This document shows positions 1 through 10,100 of a stretch of DNA of 44,105 bases, in pieces; the first letter of the stretch is position 1; every line of letters begins with the position of its first letter. Origin of the DNA: a virus (Duplodnaviria > Caudoviricetes); IMG/VR virus record IMGVR_UViG_3300020044_011666, positions 1-44,105 of that record; one strand, written 5' to 3'. The notes beneath the pieces were generated by a model. It saw only the letters and a program-made list of their open reading frames with translations, made no database searches and had not been told where the DNA came from. Both the position numbers and the translations under genes were made by a program.

Positions 1-121
1 CGAGCAAAACAAGCTTTGGTCAATTTTTTGGTCTGGTGGACATATTATCAGTAAAAAAGACATTAGCAATAAAAAAGCTAAGTGGCCTTACCGTGTGCAA
101 AAACTACATACCTCTAACAAA
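1..121. repeat. Terminal direct repeat (circular assembly overlap), left copy
   Basis: 1-121 is identical to 43985-44105 (cgagcaaaac...ctctaacaaa) and lies inside the portal ORF. Confidence 0.95.
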
Positions 122-1132
122 GTAGAATACTACGGTGTATTTAGAGATGTGAGAGAATCTCAGCATGCTATAAACCAGGCTATTCTTAAAATTCAGCTAA
201 TGGTTAACACAGAAAAAGTATTTGTAGAAGAAGGCGCAGTAGAAGACTTAGATGCTTTTATTAACTCAGTAAACCGAGTTAACGGAGTAATCCCAGTTAA
301 GTCTTTGCAAGGAGTGAAAGTAGAAAAGCTTACTCGAGAAATACTTGACCAGTATGTTATTGTTGACCGTGCGTTGGATCGTATTCAACGAGTACTAGGG
401 ATAAACGATAGCTTTTTAGGTATGGCGTTTGCCTCGGACTCTGGTCGTAAAGTTAAGCTGCAAAAAGACTCAACTATTATGTCGCTGCGCTACATCACAG
501 CACGAATTGCAGGATTTTATCGCTCTCTTGGAGAAGACATTGCTAAGTTAGCTCAACAGTACTATACCGCAAATCAGATTCTTATGATTGCTGATGAAGT
601 AGTAGGTCAGCGTTGGATTGAGCTAAATAAACCAATGGTTGCATTTTCAGGTGAGTACAATCCTGATGGTACGCCAATTTATGAACCAATACTGTTGCCA
701 ATGGAAGACCCAGCAAACGGAAAAATACTGGAAGATGAAGAAGGTAATGTAATACTTGCCCCTGTATCAGAAGCTGGTTCCGATTTTAGCGTTACTCAAT
801 TTCAAATTAGGGTAGAAGCATCTTCTTACAACGACGAAGACGAGAAAGCTCAGCTAATGTTAGAGACAGTATTGTCTGGCCAAGTCGGTCAAATGATGGC
901 ACAGATCAATCCTGCAGGCTTCTTTAAAATGTCAGCCTTAGCTTTAAAGTCAATGAAAACTAAATATAGCCCTAACATAGTTGAAGTCTTGGACGAGACA
1001 GCTAATATGCTGGGCGGTAATCCTCAAGCAAATGCTGAAGCTGCTGCAGTTGCACAAGGTAATCCTTTAGGTCAGCAACCTATGAGTAGAAGTCTTAAGC
1101 TTCCTACTAACACAAATGAAGGGGTAGAATAA
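1..1132 (+). CDS. Portal protein, C-terminal part (continues from 43272 across the origin; about 614 aa in total)
   Basis: The 95..1132 frame is continuous with the ORF starting at 43272 after circularisation; P22/N4-like portal C-terminal features (LGMAFASDSGRKV). Confidence 0.85.
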   Translation, partial: EQNKLWSIFWSGGHIISKKDISNKKAKWPYRVQKLHTSNKVEYYGVFRDVRESQHAINQAILKIQLMVNTEKVFVEEGAVEDLDAFINSVNRVNGVIPVKSLQGVKVEKLTREILDQYVIVDRALDRIQRVLGINDSFLGMAFASDSGRKVKLQKDSTIMSLRYITARIAGFYRSLGEDIAKLAQQYYTANQILMIADEVVGQRWIELNKPMVAFSGEYNPDGTPIYEPILLPMEDPANGKILEDEEGNVILAPVSEAGSDFSVTQFQIRVEASSYNDEDEKAQLMLETVLSGQVGQMMAQINPAGFFKMSALALKSMKTKYSPNIVEVLDETANMLGGNPQANAEAAAVAQGNPLGQQPMSRSLKLPTNTNEGVE

Positions 1133-4100
1133 TGGCATTGCCACCATCTAAATTAGCTAAAGTTATTTCTGATTTGCCTGAAGACTTTGCCATGGCTGGC
1201 AAGTCTATACCTAATGCGCTTAAAAAGCAAGGAGTTAAAGAAGAAGAACTTAAATTTGCTGGTTTAGGCTTACCTGCACCTAACTCTACTCAAGGTGTAG
1301 AGCAATGGACAAAAAGTATGCTTAAAGAAGCTGAACGTAAAAGAAAAGACTCTCATTCTGTAACAAGTAAGCAAGGCCGTAACAATACAGATTATGGAGC
1401 TGTAAATGTAACTGCACCTACTAAAGAATATGAAGAACGTATTTATAACTTTAAAGCTCCTAATTATGCATTTCGTAGTGAACATTTTCCTGAAGACGGT
1501 AAAAACTATTTAGCTCATACTCGTATTCAACCTATGGAGCTAAATGGTAAAAAAGTTCGCACTATTCTTGAAATTCAAAGTGATGTTTCTGTAGCAAACA
1601 GAACTAATACAGATAAACCTGGCAATACACTATTAGCTCTAGTAAAAGACGACGGTTTAGAAGATCGTGTGTATGACGATATTCGGCGTAGATATGAAGA
1701 TGAGATAGGAAATAAAGATATTGGAGATTGGCTAGTATCTAAATCACCAGAAGAATTAGCAAAGATAGAAAACTATGTAGGTCTTACAAAATCGCAAGTA
1801 GATATACCTTACAAAGACAGTATGACCCGCAAGTTGATAGAGCGTGAGTTGTTCCAAGCTGTTGAAGAAGGTGCAGAATTTACAGCTATTCCAATACGTG
1901 GAGAAGCGTTAGAAAATCTTTATAGAAGTCCTGCAATTCAAAAGCAGTACGAAACAGCTGTACTAAGCAGTGCACAAAAAATTGCTAAACAGCAAGGTTT
2001 AACTACAGCTATTGAAACAAGCGCCCCTAGAGCTAAAGTTGGCGATGAATTGGCTAAACTACTTCAAAACTTTAAAGATAATCCATTAGATGGCGAAATA
2101 AATGCCAGGCTGCAAGATTTTGTAGATCAAGAGAATGTCATAGAAGTGTTACCTTTTGTTTATGGACTACAAAAAAGAGAAGTAACACCTAAAGAATTTG
2201 ATGTGCTGTCCAAACACGTAGTAGAAGAATTAAAAAAAGGTGCAGACTATTTAGTTATTAACCATCCTAAAGGCACCAAGCTTAATTTAAATCTTTATGC
2301 TTCACCAGTTGCAACTGCTGGCGGTGCTTATTTAGCTTATAAAGCAGGTTATGATACAAAAGAAGTTGAAGAATATCTAGTAAATAAAGAAGGCTATGCA
2401 CCTGAAGAAGCTGCAGATATGGCTGCAAAGACTAAGCAAGCTATTGATGCTGGTTATACTCAAGAAGAAGTAGAAGGGTTTTTTAGTTCTAAAGAAGTTG
2501 AAGCACCTGAGCTCTTAGAGGACAAAAAACCGCCTGTTGAGTCTACTGCAATTGTTAAACCAATAACAGCAGAACAAGCAGAACAAATGACTCATAGAAC
2601 TAGTTATGCTAAAGAGATTCAAAGAGCCGCGACAACTACTGCTTTTAACGCAAAAGAGCTTGTAGCTTCTCAAGAAGTGCTAAATCCTGTGATGGCTAGT
2701 GCACTGCAGCAAACAAAAGCTTTTGTTAGCTATGACAATAAAACAACTCAATTTGTAGAGCAACAAAGAAAAGCACAACGTCAACAAATAGCTAACTTTG
2801 CCGCAACCAAAGGTATAGAACTTCAGTTTGATAACAAAAATAGTCAATGGAAAGTTATGACGGAAAACGGTTGGCAAGATGCTGATCCTAGTATTTGGCA
2901 ACAAATAGCTAATAGTAAAGGTGAAACTTTAGGTGCACTAGGTGGTGCTTTTACTGGTGCTATGGCTGGACAAAAAGCTGGCACATTTTTAGGCTACTAC
3001 GGCAAAGCTGCTGGAGTTATTGCCGGTGGTGCTGTTGGGGCTATGGTTGGCTCCGAGATGGACTATATTTGGCAAGCTATGAAGCATGACCAAGAAATGG
3101 AGTGGGAAGCTCAACAGCAACGTTTAGTCAATGCAGCACAAGCCAGCTTAGTTTATGACGCAGTTGGTTTAGCTGTAATGAAAACACCTGGCGCTGTTAT
3201 GCAAGCTGTAAAAAGCATCAAAGAAGTGCCAGCCTCTATTAGAACTAGAGTTAGCGGTGAAGCTTCTATTGATAAAGCAATGGCTGATACGATGTTTTTG
3301 AACACTGATGAAGCTAATGACCTAGTTCGCATTATGGAAAGATTTGCAGAAGTGCCTGGTGCTACTGCTCAAGATAAGCGTATTGCTGCTGCAATTTATT
3401 CACAACCAGGTAGTGAAGGCATAGCTTCAGCTGCTGCACGTATAGATCCACTTACTTCTAGAGCTATAGCAAAAACAGTAGACAACCGTGCTCAAGACTT
3501 GCTTAAAACAGCAGAAAACTTGACAGATGAAAACTTAACTCGTATAGTTCAGCAAGATATTAAAAACTATGAGGATGATGTCAAGAACTTCTACACCGAA
3601 GTTAAATTAAAAGCTGCTAAGGCTCCTTTGGCGTCAATGTATCAATTTAATCCATCCAAATTGGCCATAGAACCAGTTTTGGAGAGTTTAAAAAAGAATA
3701 TTGATGATCCACGTACCATGGAAAAGTTCATGCTCCAGATGAGCCGTGTACAACAATACGGCTTGACCAGAGACTTTAATGATCTGTTAGAATTACGCAA
3801 GATAGTGAACGGATTTAAGTACAACACTAAAATTACGTCTGCCAAAGACTTTGACAGGCTTAACGAAGTGGTACAAAACATAGATACAGCAATTGCGTCT
3901 GGTGCTAAAGAAGTTATGCCTGATTCAGATTCTTGGGTAACAGAGTTTAAGCAAGCAAACTATCAATATGCAAAAATGATGAACGTCAAGAAAAACGTGC
4001 TATACAAAGCATTGACTAAACCTGGCCAAGACTATAACAAGACAGTAAGCGCACTGACTCGTTATATTACCGCTGATGACTCAACATTTGTAGACGTGGT

Positions 4101-4845
4101 GCAAAAGTTGCCAAAGTCTACTCGCAGTAAAGTCGAAGGCTCTGTTGTCAATGCTTTAGCTGAAAAATATACTGCAGGTACTCCAGGCGGAGAACGTGCG
4201 GTGTATTTTCCTCAGCTAAGTGATGCACTAGATAAAATTACTTTTACGACGCCCGAAACTCGTAAGTTCAAACAAGCAGTAAAAGAAATGGGTGAAGTGT
4301 TTCGTAATGATGTTCCATTAGCTAATGTGTCAGGTAGTCTTGCTGCACCTAAAGATGTATCGCTATTGACTTCAGACTTGTATGCCGCAACTAAGCGTAA
4401 CATTGCTCAAAAAGTATTTAACCATGCAAGAAGGCTTATAGGTGATGGTCCAGCTAAGTTAATTCATAAAGCCGCGGATGTGCTAGAGAATCCTTTGAAT
4501 ACTAAAAGCATTGATGAGCTAATGAAAGAGCTAGATGGTGCGGTAAACATTCAAGAAGATATTAAAAACTTGATGTCTGCAGCAGCTAAAGAACAAGCAG
4601 ATAAAGGTCACGTCGGTGCACCTAAAGTCTTGCTGTATGGTCAAGGGAAAGTGTTAGGACCCAAAGGACCTGGTACACCTACTAAAGTGGCATTGCATCG
4701 TATAGCTAGTATTGAAGACGCTATGAGAATAGCTGAAGCTGATGGTATTAGCCGTGCCGATACTGTTGCTATTGATGCTCGCTTACTTGACATGGGCTAC
4801 AAAGCAATACAGTATGGCGCGGATAAAGTTAGACTGCTAGAGTAA
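1132..4845 (+). CDS. Large internal virion/DNA ejection protein with putative N-terminal enzymatic domain
   Basis: 1237 aa, last gene of the structural operon; glycine zipper GALGGAFTGAMAG...AGGAVGAMVG; AGYxxxE repeats; N-terminal H..N.LAH.R...EIQSD motif. Confidence 0.65.
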   Translation: MALPPSKLAKVISDLPEDFAMAGKSIPNALKKQGVKEEELKFAGLGLPAPNSTQGVEQWTKSMLKEAERKRKDSHSVTSKQGRNNTDYGAVNVTAPTKEYEERIYNFKAPNYAFRSEHFPEDGKNYLAHTRIQPMELNGKKVRTILEIQSDVSVANRTNTDKPGNTLLALVKDDGLEDRVYDDIRRRYEDEIGNKDIGDWLVSKSPEELAKIENYVGLTKSQVDIPYKDSMTRKLIERELFQAVEEGAEFTAIPIRGEALENLYRSPAIQKQYETAVLSSAQKIAKQQGLTTAIETSAPRAKVGDELAKLLQNFKDNPLDGEINARLQDFVDQENVIEVLPFVYGLQKREVTPKEFDVLSKHVVEELKKGADYLVINHPKGTKLNLNLYASPVATAGGAYLAYKAGYDTKEVEEYLVNKEGYAPEEAADMAAKTKQAIDAGYTQEEVEGFFSSKEVEAPELLEDKKPPVESTAIVKPITAEQAEQMTHRTSYAKEIQRAATTTAFNAKELVASQEVLNPVMASALQQTKAFVSYDNKTTQFVEQQRKAQRQQIANFAATKGIELQFDNKNSQWKVMTENGWQDADPSIWQQIANSKGETLGALGGAFTGAMAGQKAGTFLGYYGKAAGVIAGGAVGAMVGSEMDYIWQAMKHDQEMEWEAQQQRLVNAAQASLVYDAVGLAVMKTPGAVMQAVKSIKEVPASIRTRVSGEASIDKAMADTMFLNTDEANDLVRIMERFAEVPGATAQDKRIAAAIYSQPGSEGIASAAARIDPLTSRAIAKTVDNRAQDLLKTAENLTDENLTRIVQQDIKNYEDDVKNFYTEVKLKAAKAPLASMYQFNPSKLAIEPVLESLKKNIDDPRTMEKFMLQMSRVQQYGLTRDFNDLLELRKIVNGFKYNTKITSAKDFDRLNEVVQNIDTAIASGAKEVMPDSDSWVTEFKQANYQYAKMMNVKKNVLYKALTKPGQDYNKTVSALTRYITADDSTFVDVVQKLPKSTRSKVEGSVVNALAEKYTAGTPGGERAVYFPQLSDALDKITFTTPETRKFKQAVKEMGEVFRNDVPLANVSGSLAAPKDVSLLTSDLYAATKRNIAQKVFNHARRLIGDGPAKLIHKAADVLENPLNTKSIDELMKELDGAVNIQEDIKNLMSAAAKEQADKGHVGAPKVLLYGQGKVLGPKGPGTPTKVALHRIASIEDAMRIAEADGISRADTVAIDARLLDMGYKAIQYGADKVRLLE

Positions 4846-5166
4846 AGGTTTACTTTTGGCTTGGTACAAGGATGGTACCTCTTTAGTTGGTAAATTGTTA
4901 AGCTTCATATAGTCATAAAACTCTTCAATTGTCCAAACAGTGAAAGTAATGCCATTACATTTTTTAACTTGTTCTTGTCGGTGCTCTTGTAGAGCTGACA
5001 TTTTGTTATTACCAAACTTTACTTCTATTTCTAAATATCTGCCTTCTGGTGTGCAAGCTATAATGTCTAATACACCTGCAGTGTTAGCTACTACTATTTT
5101 AGTTACAACATAACCAGCTTTTTTAAGCACATTTAATATTTTAGCTTGTAACTTTGATTCACTCAT
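4837..5166 (-). CDS. VRR-NUC family nuclease (resolvase-like)
   Basis: MSESKLQ..I; GVLDII; EIEVK; SALQ motifs of PD-(D/E)XK VRR-NUC. Confidence 0.85.
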   Translation of the reverse strand: MSESKLQAKILNVLKKAGYVVTKIVVANTAGVLDIIACTPEGRYLEIEVKFGNNKMSALQEHRQEQVKKCNGITFTVWTIEEFYDYMKLNNLPTKEVPSLYQAKSKPLL

Positions 5167-6041
5167 AAATCCTCTCTAAAGCTTTTGAATACAGGAAAAC
5201 GATAAGCGTTCGTATCAGGCAAGCGGTCTTGGAACTTAAACGTAAAAGACTTACCAAAATACTTAGCCTGGTTACGCCAGATGTGGTCACGTTGAGCAGC
5301 AGTAAAACCCGAACCAACTTCTACTTTTGTACCATCACTAGATATGCCAATTAATCCACCAAGAGTGTTACCACCATATAAACCTGCTTGTTGCTTGTTG
5401 CGCTCTTGCCCACCTACGTTGTTTATTACTGCTTCATTGCCATTACGCATTAGTTCATAAAAGCCTGCAACAGTAGCTTCAGTATCTTCAACAGGCTTAA
5501 GCTTTAGCATCCATTGTTGCTTTAAAGTGCTACGACCTTCTTTGTATAAGCCTTGCGGTGAACGAAGTATTAAGCCTTCGTAACCTTGTTCAATAGCTAA
5601 GTCATAGTAGGCTTGTACTTCACTAGCAGAGTGGCAACGTTTTTGCTCCACTAGTTTAATTCGAGGTAGCCATTTTCCTAACTCTTGCACATAAGCCTTC
5701 AACTCTTTTTGCCGAGCTTCGAAAGGTGTATTTGCAGGCTGGTCACACAAGTCAAAAACCCAATATTCAAAATCAGGCGCACCTTCAAAGCTCATTATAG
5801 CTGAGCTAACATCATTAAAATTGCCTTTAACCATTAGTTCACCATCAAAACCAACAGGCATACCAGCAAGTTCTTTTTGTATAAACTTATTAGGTATAGG
5901 CTTTAATTTACGAGACAGTACTTGGTCATTAGGGGTAGTGCAACGAATACCATCTAGCTTAAAAGAGGCATCAATAGGATAAGTTAAAGTTTCCAAATTT
6001 GGTTGTGTTGAACAAGCCAACATAGGTTTTTTTGCTTGCAT
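5163..6041 (-). CDS. lig: ATP-dependent DNA ligase
   Basis: KLDGIR (KxDG), FDGEL, VFDL, EGLILR, LKLK, VGSGF motifs. Confidence 0.95.
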   Translation of the reverse strand: MQAKKPMLACSTQPNLETLTYPIDASFKLDGIRCTTPNDQVLSRKLKPIPNKFIQKELAGMPVGFDGELMVKGNFNDVSSAIMSFEGAPDFEYWVFDLCDQPANTPFEARQKELKAYVQELGKWLPRIKLVEQKRCHSASEVQAYYDLAIEQGYEGLILRSPQGLYKEGRSTLKQQWMLKLKPVEDTEATVAGFYELMRNGNEAVINNVGGQERNKQQAGLYGGNTLGGLIGISSDGTKVEVGSGFTAAQRDHIWRNQAKYFGKSFTFKFQDRLPDTNAYRFPVFKSFREDL

Positions 6042-7249
6042 TATAGTTTATCTCTTGTGAAAACACTGTCAACAAAGTTGCGTTTGTTAATTGCCACAGT
6101 TTTATACACTTGTTCACTAACAGCTTTTTTAACTAGTAAAAAGTGCACGTTTATAGGATCTTTGCGCAGTTGATTAGCTTGACGTGCCCTGCGCTGAGAA
6201 TGCTTTGAGGTAGAGAAATTCATACTGTATACAACTAAGTTGTCATACATACTAAGGTCCACCCCTTCTGCATAAGACGTGGCATGCAAAATTGGGCAGT
6301 TCTTAAACACTTCCCTTAGTTTGTTGCCTTCTGCTATATAGTTGTACATAATAACAGTATTTGCAGTGTCACCCCAAGTTTTAAGAATGTAGTCAATTTT
6401 TTCTCTGTTCTTCAGCTGAAGGTATTGATCTTCAATCTTAGTAACACCACCTTCAATCATATGCAAAGCTGGGCGTAGCTTTGACATAGTTTCACAAACT
6501 AATAGACCAGCGTGAAACTCTACAACTCTATTCTCCATTAGTTCATTATAGACTTCTTTTGTAACTGGGTCAAGGTTAATGTAGTGCAGTACGTCTTTAG
6601 GCTCATGCTCAAAACCACACTCTGCACGAGTCATTGTTACAAACAAATGCTTTACAGAGTTGATGATCTTTTCAGACTTTGCTTTGTCGTACTGATTGCA
6701 ATCTCTACCTTGAATTTTTATGGTATAAACATCACCATAATCAGCAAACCATTTGTAAAAGTCTTTGTAAGCTTTCCAAGGTGAAAAGCTGCTCAGAGCT
6801 AACTGATTAAACAACTGTTGTTCACCTTGTGCGTGCGGAGTTGCCGACACAAACAATACAAGCCTACCAATACACAGTTGCCGCATAGTTTTCCACATTG
6901 CACTACGCTTAGGATAGCCTGACATGTAAGCATGTGCTTCATCTACAATTACTAAAGTATTAGTAGTAGGCTTAGGCATTTTATGCGCTTGATGATAGTT
7001 TGTGACTATTACAGGTTTGCCTATAGGATAAGCAGCAACAGTTTTGTGCCATCCATCAAGTGCAATTTTTTTAGTAACAACAATAACTAAATCAACTTCA
7101 GGCATTCTTTGCGCCATAACTAGAGAAGCTAATGTTTTGCCTGTGCGTTCTTCTGCAGCTAAATAGGCTGACTTATAGCTGCGGATCACATACAGGCATT
7201 TCTCTGCCATCTCTAGTTGCTTTGGTCTTGGTATCATACACATCCTCAA
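6041..7249 (-). CDS. SF2 (SNF2-like) helicase
   Basis: RTGKT Walker A, IVDEAH, SATP, EGVDL, QRRAR motifs. Confidence 0.85.
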   Translation of the reverse strand: MRMCMIPRPKQLEMAEKCLYVIRSYKSAYLAAEERTGKTLASLVMAQRMPEVDLVIVVTKKIALDGWHKTVAAYPIGKPVIVTNYHQAHKMPKPTTNTLVIVDEAHAYMSGYPKRSAMWKTMRQLCIGRLVLFVSATPHAQGEQQLFNQLALSSFSPWKAYKDFYKWFADYGDVYTIKIQGRDCNQYDKAKSEKIINSVKHLFVTMTRAECGFEHEPKDVLHYINLDPVTKEVYNELMENRVVEFHAGLLVCETMSKLRPALHMIEGGVTKIEDQYLQLKNREKIDYILKTWGDTANTVIMYNYIAEGNKLREVFKNCPILHATSYAEGVDLSMYDNLVVYSMNFSTSKHSQRRARQANQLRKDPINVHFLLVKKAVSEQVYKTVAINKRNFVDSVFTRDKL

Positions 7250-7424
7250 TCTGTATCACATACAGTTTTTTAAATAACTCTGCTTTAGCTGCGGTCATCC
7301 TTGTACCGCGTAGCCACTGGTTGACAGACACCGGAGCAGACTTCAGAGACTTGGCCAAAGCATACTTACTAATATGCCTAGAGTCAAGAACAAATTGAAC
7401 TGCTACTTTAGTCAGCATCTCCAT
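7173..7424 (-). CDS. Cro/CI-like HTH DNA-binding protein
   Basis: SKYALAKSLKSAPVSVNQWLRG helix-turn-helix pattern. Confidence 0.6.
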   Translation of the reverse strand: MEMLTKVAVQFVLDSRHISKYALAKSLKSAPVSVNQWLRGTRMTAAKAELFKKLYVIQIEDVYDTKTKATRDGREMPVCDPQL

Positions 7425-8226
7425 TCACCCATGGACAAGTAGAGTACAAAGAGCAGTATTTATCGCTGCACAAGTAATACTTTGGATTGCCTCTCAATAA
7501 TGTTTCAATGGGTTGTTTATCAGAGGCAATTACTTCCATAGTTGCAAGCATACCATTGATAAGAGCCTTAGCTTGAGGCACACGAATAGGCATAGGCAGA
7601 ATCATACCTTCAGGTACTTTCTTTAGCACAACGCCTTGAATAAGCGCAGTGTGCACGTTTTCACCATTAGCTTCAGCTAATAGTTTATACGTAGACTGTT
7701 GCACAATATAAGACGAAGCTGTAAGTGCACGTTTACTTGTCTTAACATCCGCAAGCACTCCGTGGCCCAAATAGTCTACGGTACCGCCAATTTCTTTGAT
7801 AATTGGATTGTCTACATCGATACCAAAGAATTTTTCAACATGCTCTGGTATATCTGTAAAAGGTAGTATGTCTTCTACAAAAGCTTCTGTGCCTTTAATA
7901 ATTTCTACTGCTGCGGTACCGCTGCTTTCGCCGTCGTCGTACTTCATGCCTTTTTGTTCTTCTTCTTTCCAGGCCAACATTGCTGCATCAGTCATTGCAC
8001 CAATGTTTACTTCTTTTTTACCTTTGGCCATAGACTCAGCCCACATTTGTTCTACGCCGGCATGAATACTTGTACCAATAGCGGCACGCGAATTAGGTAT
8101 TGTTACAATACCTTCTAAAAACACTTTGCCCCATTGCCAAGAACAGTTATAAAACAGGTCAATTGCAGAAGGACGAATGCGAACATCAGTAGAATTAATT
8201 TGAATTGTTTGTTTCATTGCTAGCAC
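7408..8226 (-). CDS. PD-(D/E)XK (RecB/Cas4-like) exonuclease
   Basis: IRPSAI..C; GTSIH; GTVD; DVKTS; Q..Y; C-terminal CxxxxCxxxxxC. Confidence 0.85.
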   Translation of the reverse strand: MLAMKQTIQINSTDVRIRPSAIDLFYNCSWQWGKVFLEGIVTIPNSRAAIGTSIHAGVEQMWAESMAKGKKEVNIGAMTDAAMLAWKEEEQKGMKYDDGESSGTAAVEIIKGTEAFVEDILPFTDIPEHVEKFFGIDVDNPIIKEIGGTVDYLGHGVLADVKTSKRALTASSYIVQQSTYKLLAEANGENVHTALIQGVVLKKVPEGMILPMPIRVPQAKALINGMLATMEVIASDKQPIETLLRGNPKYYLCSDKYCSLYSTCPWVNGDAD

Positions 8227-8782
8227 CTTTTAGTAAGTTGAATGCGGCAGAAATTGTCTCAGCCTGAGCAATAGCATCAGACAAAGCATCGTGGGCTATT
8301 TTAGGACGAACAGAGAACTCGCCTGTAGACTTACCAGAGATTTCTTTAGCTAAATCTACAATAGTTCTCATAGACCGTTCTTCATAAAACTCCCAAGGCA
8401 CTTTGTGCCCGTATACACGCAAAGTATAGCCTAGATTAGCTAAATCAAACTGAGGATCCTTAGCCCACATACGATTATTGTTTGCACTACGTTCATAGCG
8501 ATACATTTGATGCATCCATGCTACTAATTGACGTATTGCATTTTCGCCGTCTACTTTGTTTTTCTCAAGTGCAAGATGAGCTTCTGCACTTTGCTTTGCC
8601 CACCAGTCAACAGTACTTTGTGACAATTCAAAGCGATTAATTAGTTCTGGCTTGTGATCAAGACTAACATAGAAAGAGTTTTTAACTTTGCCTGTGTTAA
8701 TATCAAACACACAAGCACCAATTGACAAAATCAATGCTCGATTTGTCAGCGAAAGGGTCTCGATATCGATTGATACATCCAT
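8195..8782 (-). CDS. DEDDh 3'-5' exonuclease (DUF5051/ExoVIII-like)
   Basis: IDIETL, ILSIGA, TVDWW.KQ, FDL, HDALSDA motifs. Confidence 0.85.
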   Translation of the reverse strand: MDVSIDIETLSLTNRALILSIGACVFDINTGKVKNSFYVSLDHKPELINRFELSQSTVDWWAKQSAEAHLALEKNKVDGENAIRQLVAWMHQMYRYERSANNNRMWAKDPQFDLANLGYTLRVYGHKVPWEFYEERSMRTIVDLAKEISGKSTGEFSVRPKIAHDALSDAIAQAETISAAFNLLKGASNETNNSN

Positions 8783-8796
8783 TTTTAGGACCTTTT

Positions 8797-8826
8797 AAAA
8801 ATGGCCTATACAAACGCATAGGCCTA
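8797..8826 (-). terminator. Probable intrinsic terminator
   Basis: Minus strand ggcctatgc-gttt-gtataggcc followed by attttt, directly after the dCMP deaminase gene. Confidence 0.55.
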
Positions 8827-8830
8827 ACGG

Positions 8831-9253
8831 TTAAAACACGGTGACGGTCACGGAATTAGACGATTTCAACAAATTTATGGCCCGTTTTTGATTCGAAAAC
8901 CACGAACTTGTTTCTTTAGGCATCGGCATGACCACTTTACTTATGTTTGCTTGTATAATTGCAGCAGCACATTTAACACAGCATGCTTCTGAAATATACA
9001 TAGTCCAGCCTTTGGTATCATCCGCATTAAAAATACAATTTAACTCTGCGTGAACCATTAGCTCATTTTTTTCTTCTTTGTTAGACAGTAATTCTTCACT
9101 GTCTATTATACCTCTAGGAAAACCGTTGTAGCCCCAACTAACTTTACGATTGTCAGGTGAAACTAATATGGCACCGACTTTTTTGCTAGGGTCTTTACTC
9201 CAATGCGCAATTTCTTGCGACAGTAAAATAAAGCGAGCATCCCATTTAGTCAT
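8831..9253 (-). CDS. dCMP deaminase
   Basis: SKDP..KVGA, GYNGFPRG, HAE, CCxxC (PCxxC variant); likely start MTKWD at 9253 rather than 9325. Confidence 0.9.
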   Translation of the reverse strand: MTKWDARFILLSQEIAHWSKDPSKKVGAILVSPDNRKVSWGYNGFPRGIIDSEELLSNKEEKNELMVHAELNCIFNADDTKGWTMYISEACCVKCAAAIIQANISKVVMPMPKETSSWFSNQKRAINLLKSSNSVTVTVF

Positions 9254-9542
9254 TTGGTACACAGCGGTCTTCTGCAAGAGTAGCGTATCCTGCAATGTCG
9301 TGCCAATGGTCTGGTTCATTTGCATTACCTGTACAAATACGAGCTGACTTGTGCATCACCATATCAAGAGCCTCTTTCTTGTCCGGTGACAGTGATTCCC
9401 AGCCAGGAGAGTTGCGTAAGATGTCTTTTAAGTCTTGTGCAATTTGCGCATTGACACTAAACTCGCCATGAGTATTACCGCGGGCTTTAAGAGTTGATTG
9501 TACAGACTTTACTGTTACTGCTTTAGTCGAGGTTCTGGCCAT
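9246..9542 (-). CDS. DUF6378/nucleotide-modification-associated small helical protein
   Basis: RG..HG.F ... K.ARI..G...DHWHDIAGYA.L signature. Confidence 0.75.
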   Translation of the reverse strand: MARTSTKAVTVKSVQSTLKARGNTHGEFSVNAQIAQDLKDILRNSPGWESLSPDKKEALDMVMHKSARICTGNANEPDHWHDIAGYATLAEDRCVPND

Positions 9543-10098
9543 TTAGTTCTGCCTCTGCTATAATTAGCTTAAGTGCTTCGGTTGGTGGAATATAGCTTTG
9601 GCCTTTGCCTTCAGATGAATACTTTTCACTGATTGCAATGACTTTAGCTGTTTTAGTGTTGTTGCTTACTACAATTGCTTCAAAAGCTTTTTTAGCTAAA
9701 GCTTCTGAATTCAATATTGCGCACACATGCACATAACAAGCACCAATAATTTGGTACAAGTTACCTACTGCAATATATGTGCCAGGCATCATTATCATGC
9801 TACGTATATTACCTGCAATACTTTCATGAAAAGCCATTTGCATTTGAAGCTCTTCATTAAACTTAATAATAGACTTTAGACTTTCTTCGCATAGCGGATA
9901 GCTGGACTTCCAAATAGCCCCAGCGGCAACAAAAGCTAGGTCTACAGTGGCATCGATAGCATCAATAGCTACTTCGGCGTCGTAATATTCTTTTAACTCT
10001 TCTTGCAGTAAAGACAAAGTTAAAACTGGCTCAAAAGTTTGAGAATACCGAAGCTTATTCCACTCACCTGCAGCAGCTATAAACTGAATTAGTTCCAT
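9523..10098 (-). CDS. All-alpha NTP pyrophosphohydrolase (MazG/PRA-PH-like)
   Basis: LLQEELKEY ... DATVDL.FVA.G acidic metal-binding motif; V..SN..K and Y.PP C-terminal motifs. Confidence 0.75.
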   Translation of the reverse strand: MELIQFIAAAGEWNKLRYSQTFEPVLTLSLLQEELKEYYDAEVAIDAIDATVDLAFVAAGAIWKSSYPLCEESLKSIIKFNEELQMQMAFHESIAGNIRSMIMMPGTYIAVGNLYQIIGACYVHVCAILNSEALAKKAFEAIVVSNNTKTAKVIAISEKYSSEGKGQSYIPPTEALKLIIAEAELNGQNLD

Positions 10099-10100
10099 TA

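Noticed and set aside
1-121. Biological terminal repeat
   Set aside because: It falls in the middle of the portal gene and has a k-mer-like length, which fits an assembler overlap
7173-7424. Lysogeny repressor/switch
   Set aside because: A single small HTH inside the replication operon; no integrase, partition genes or divergent cI/cro pair
7408-8226. CRISPR-associated Cas4
   Set aside because: Stand-alone PD-(D/E)XK exonucleases are routine in phage replication modules; no cas1/cas2 or array
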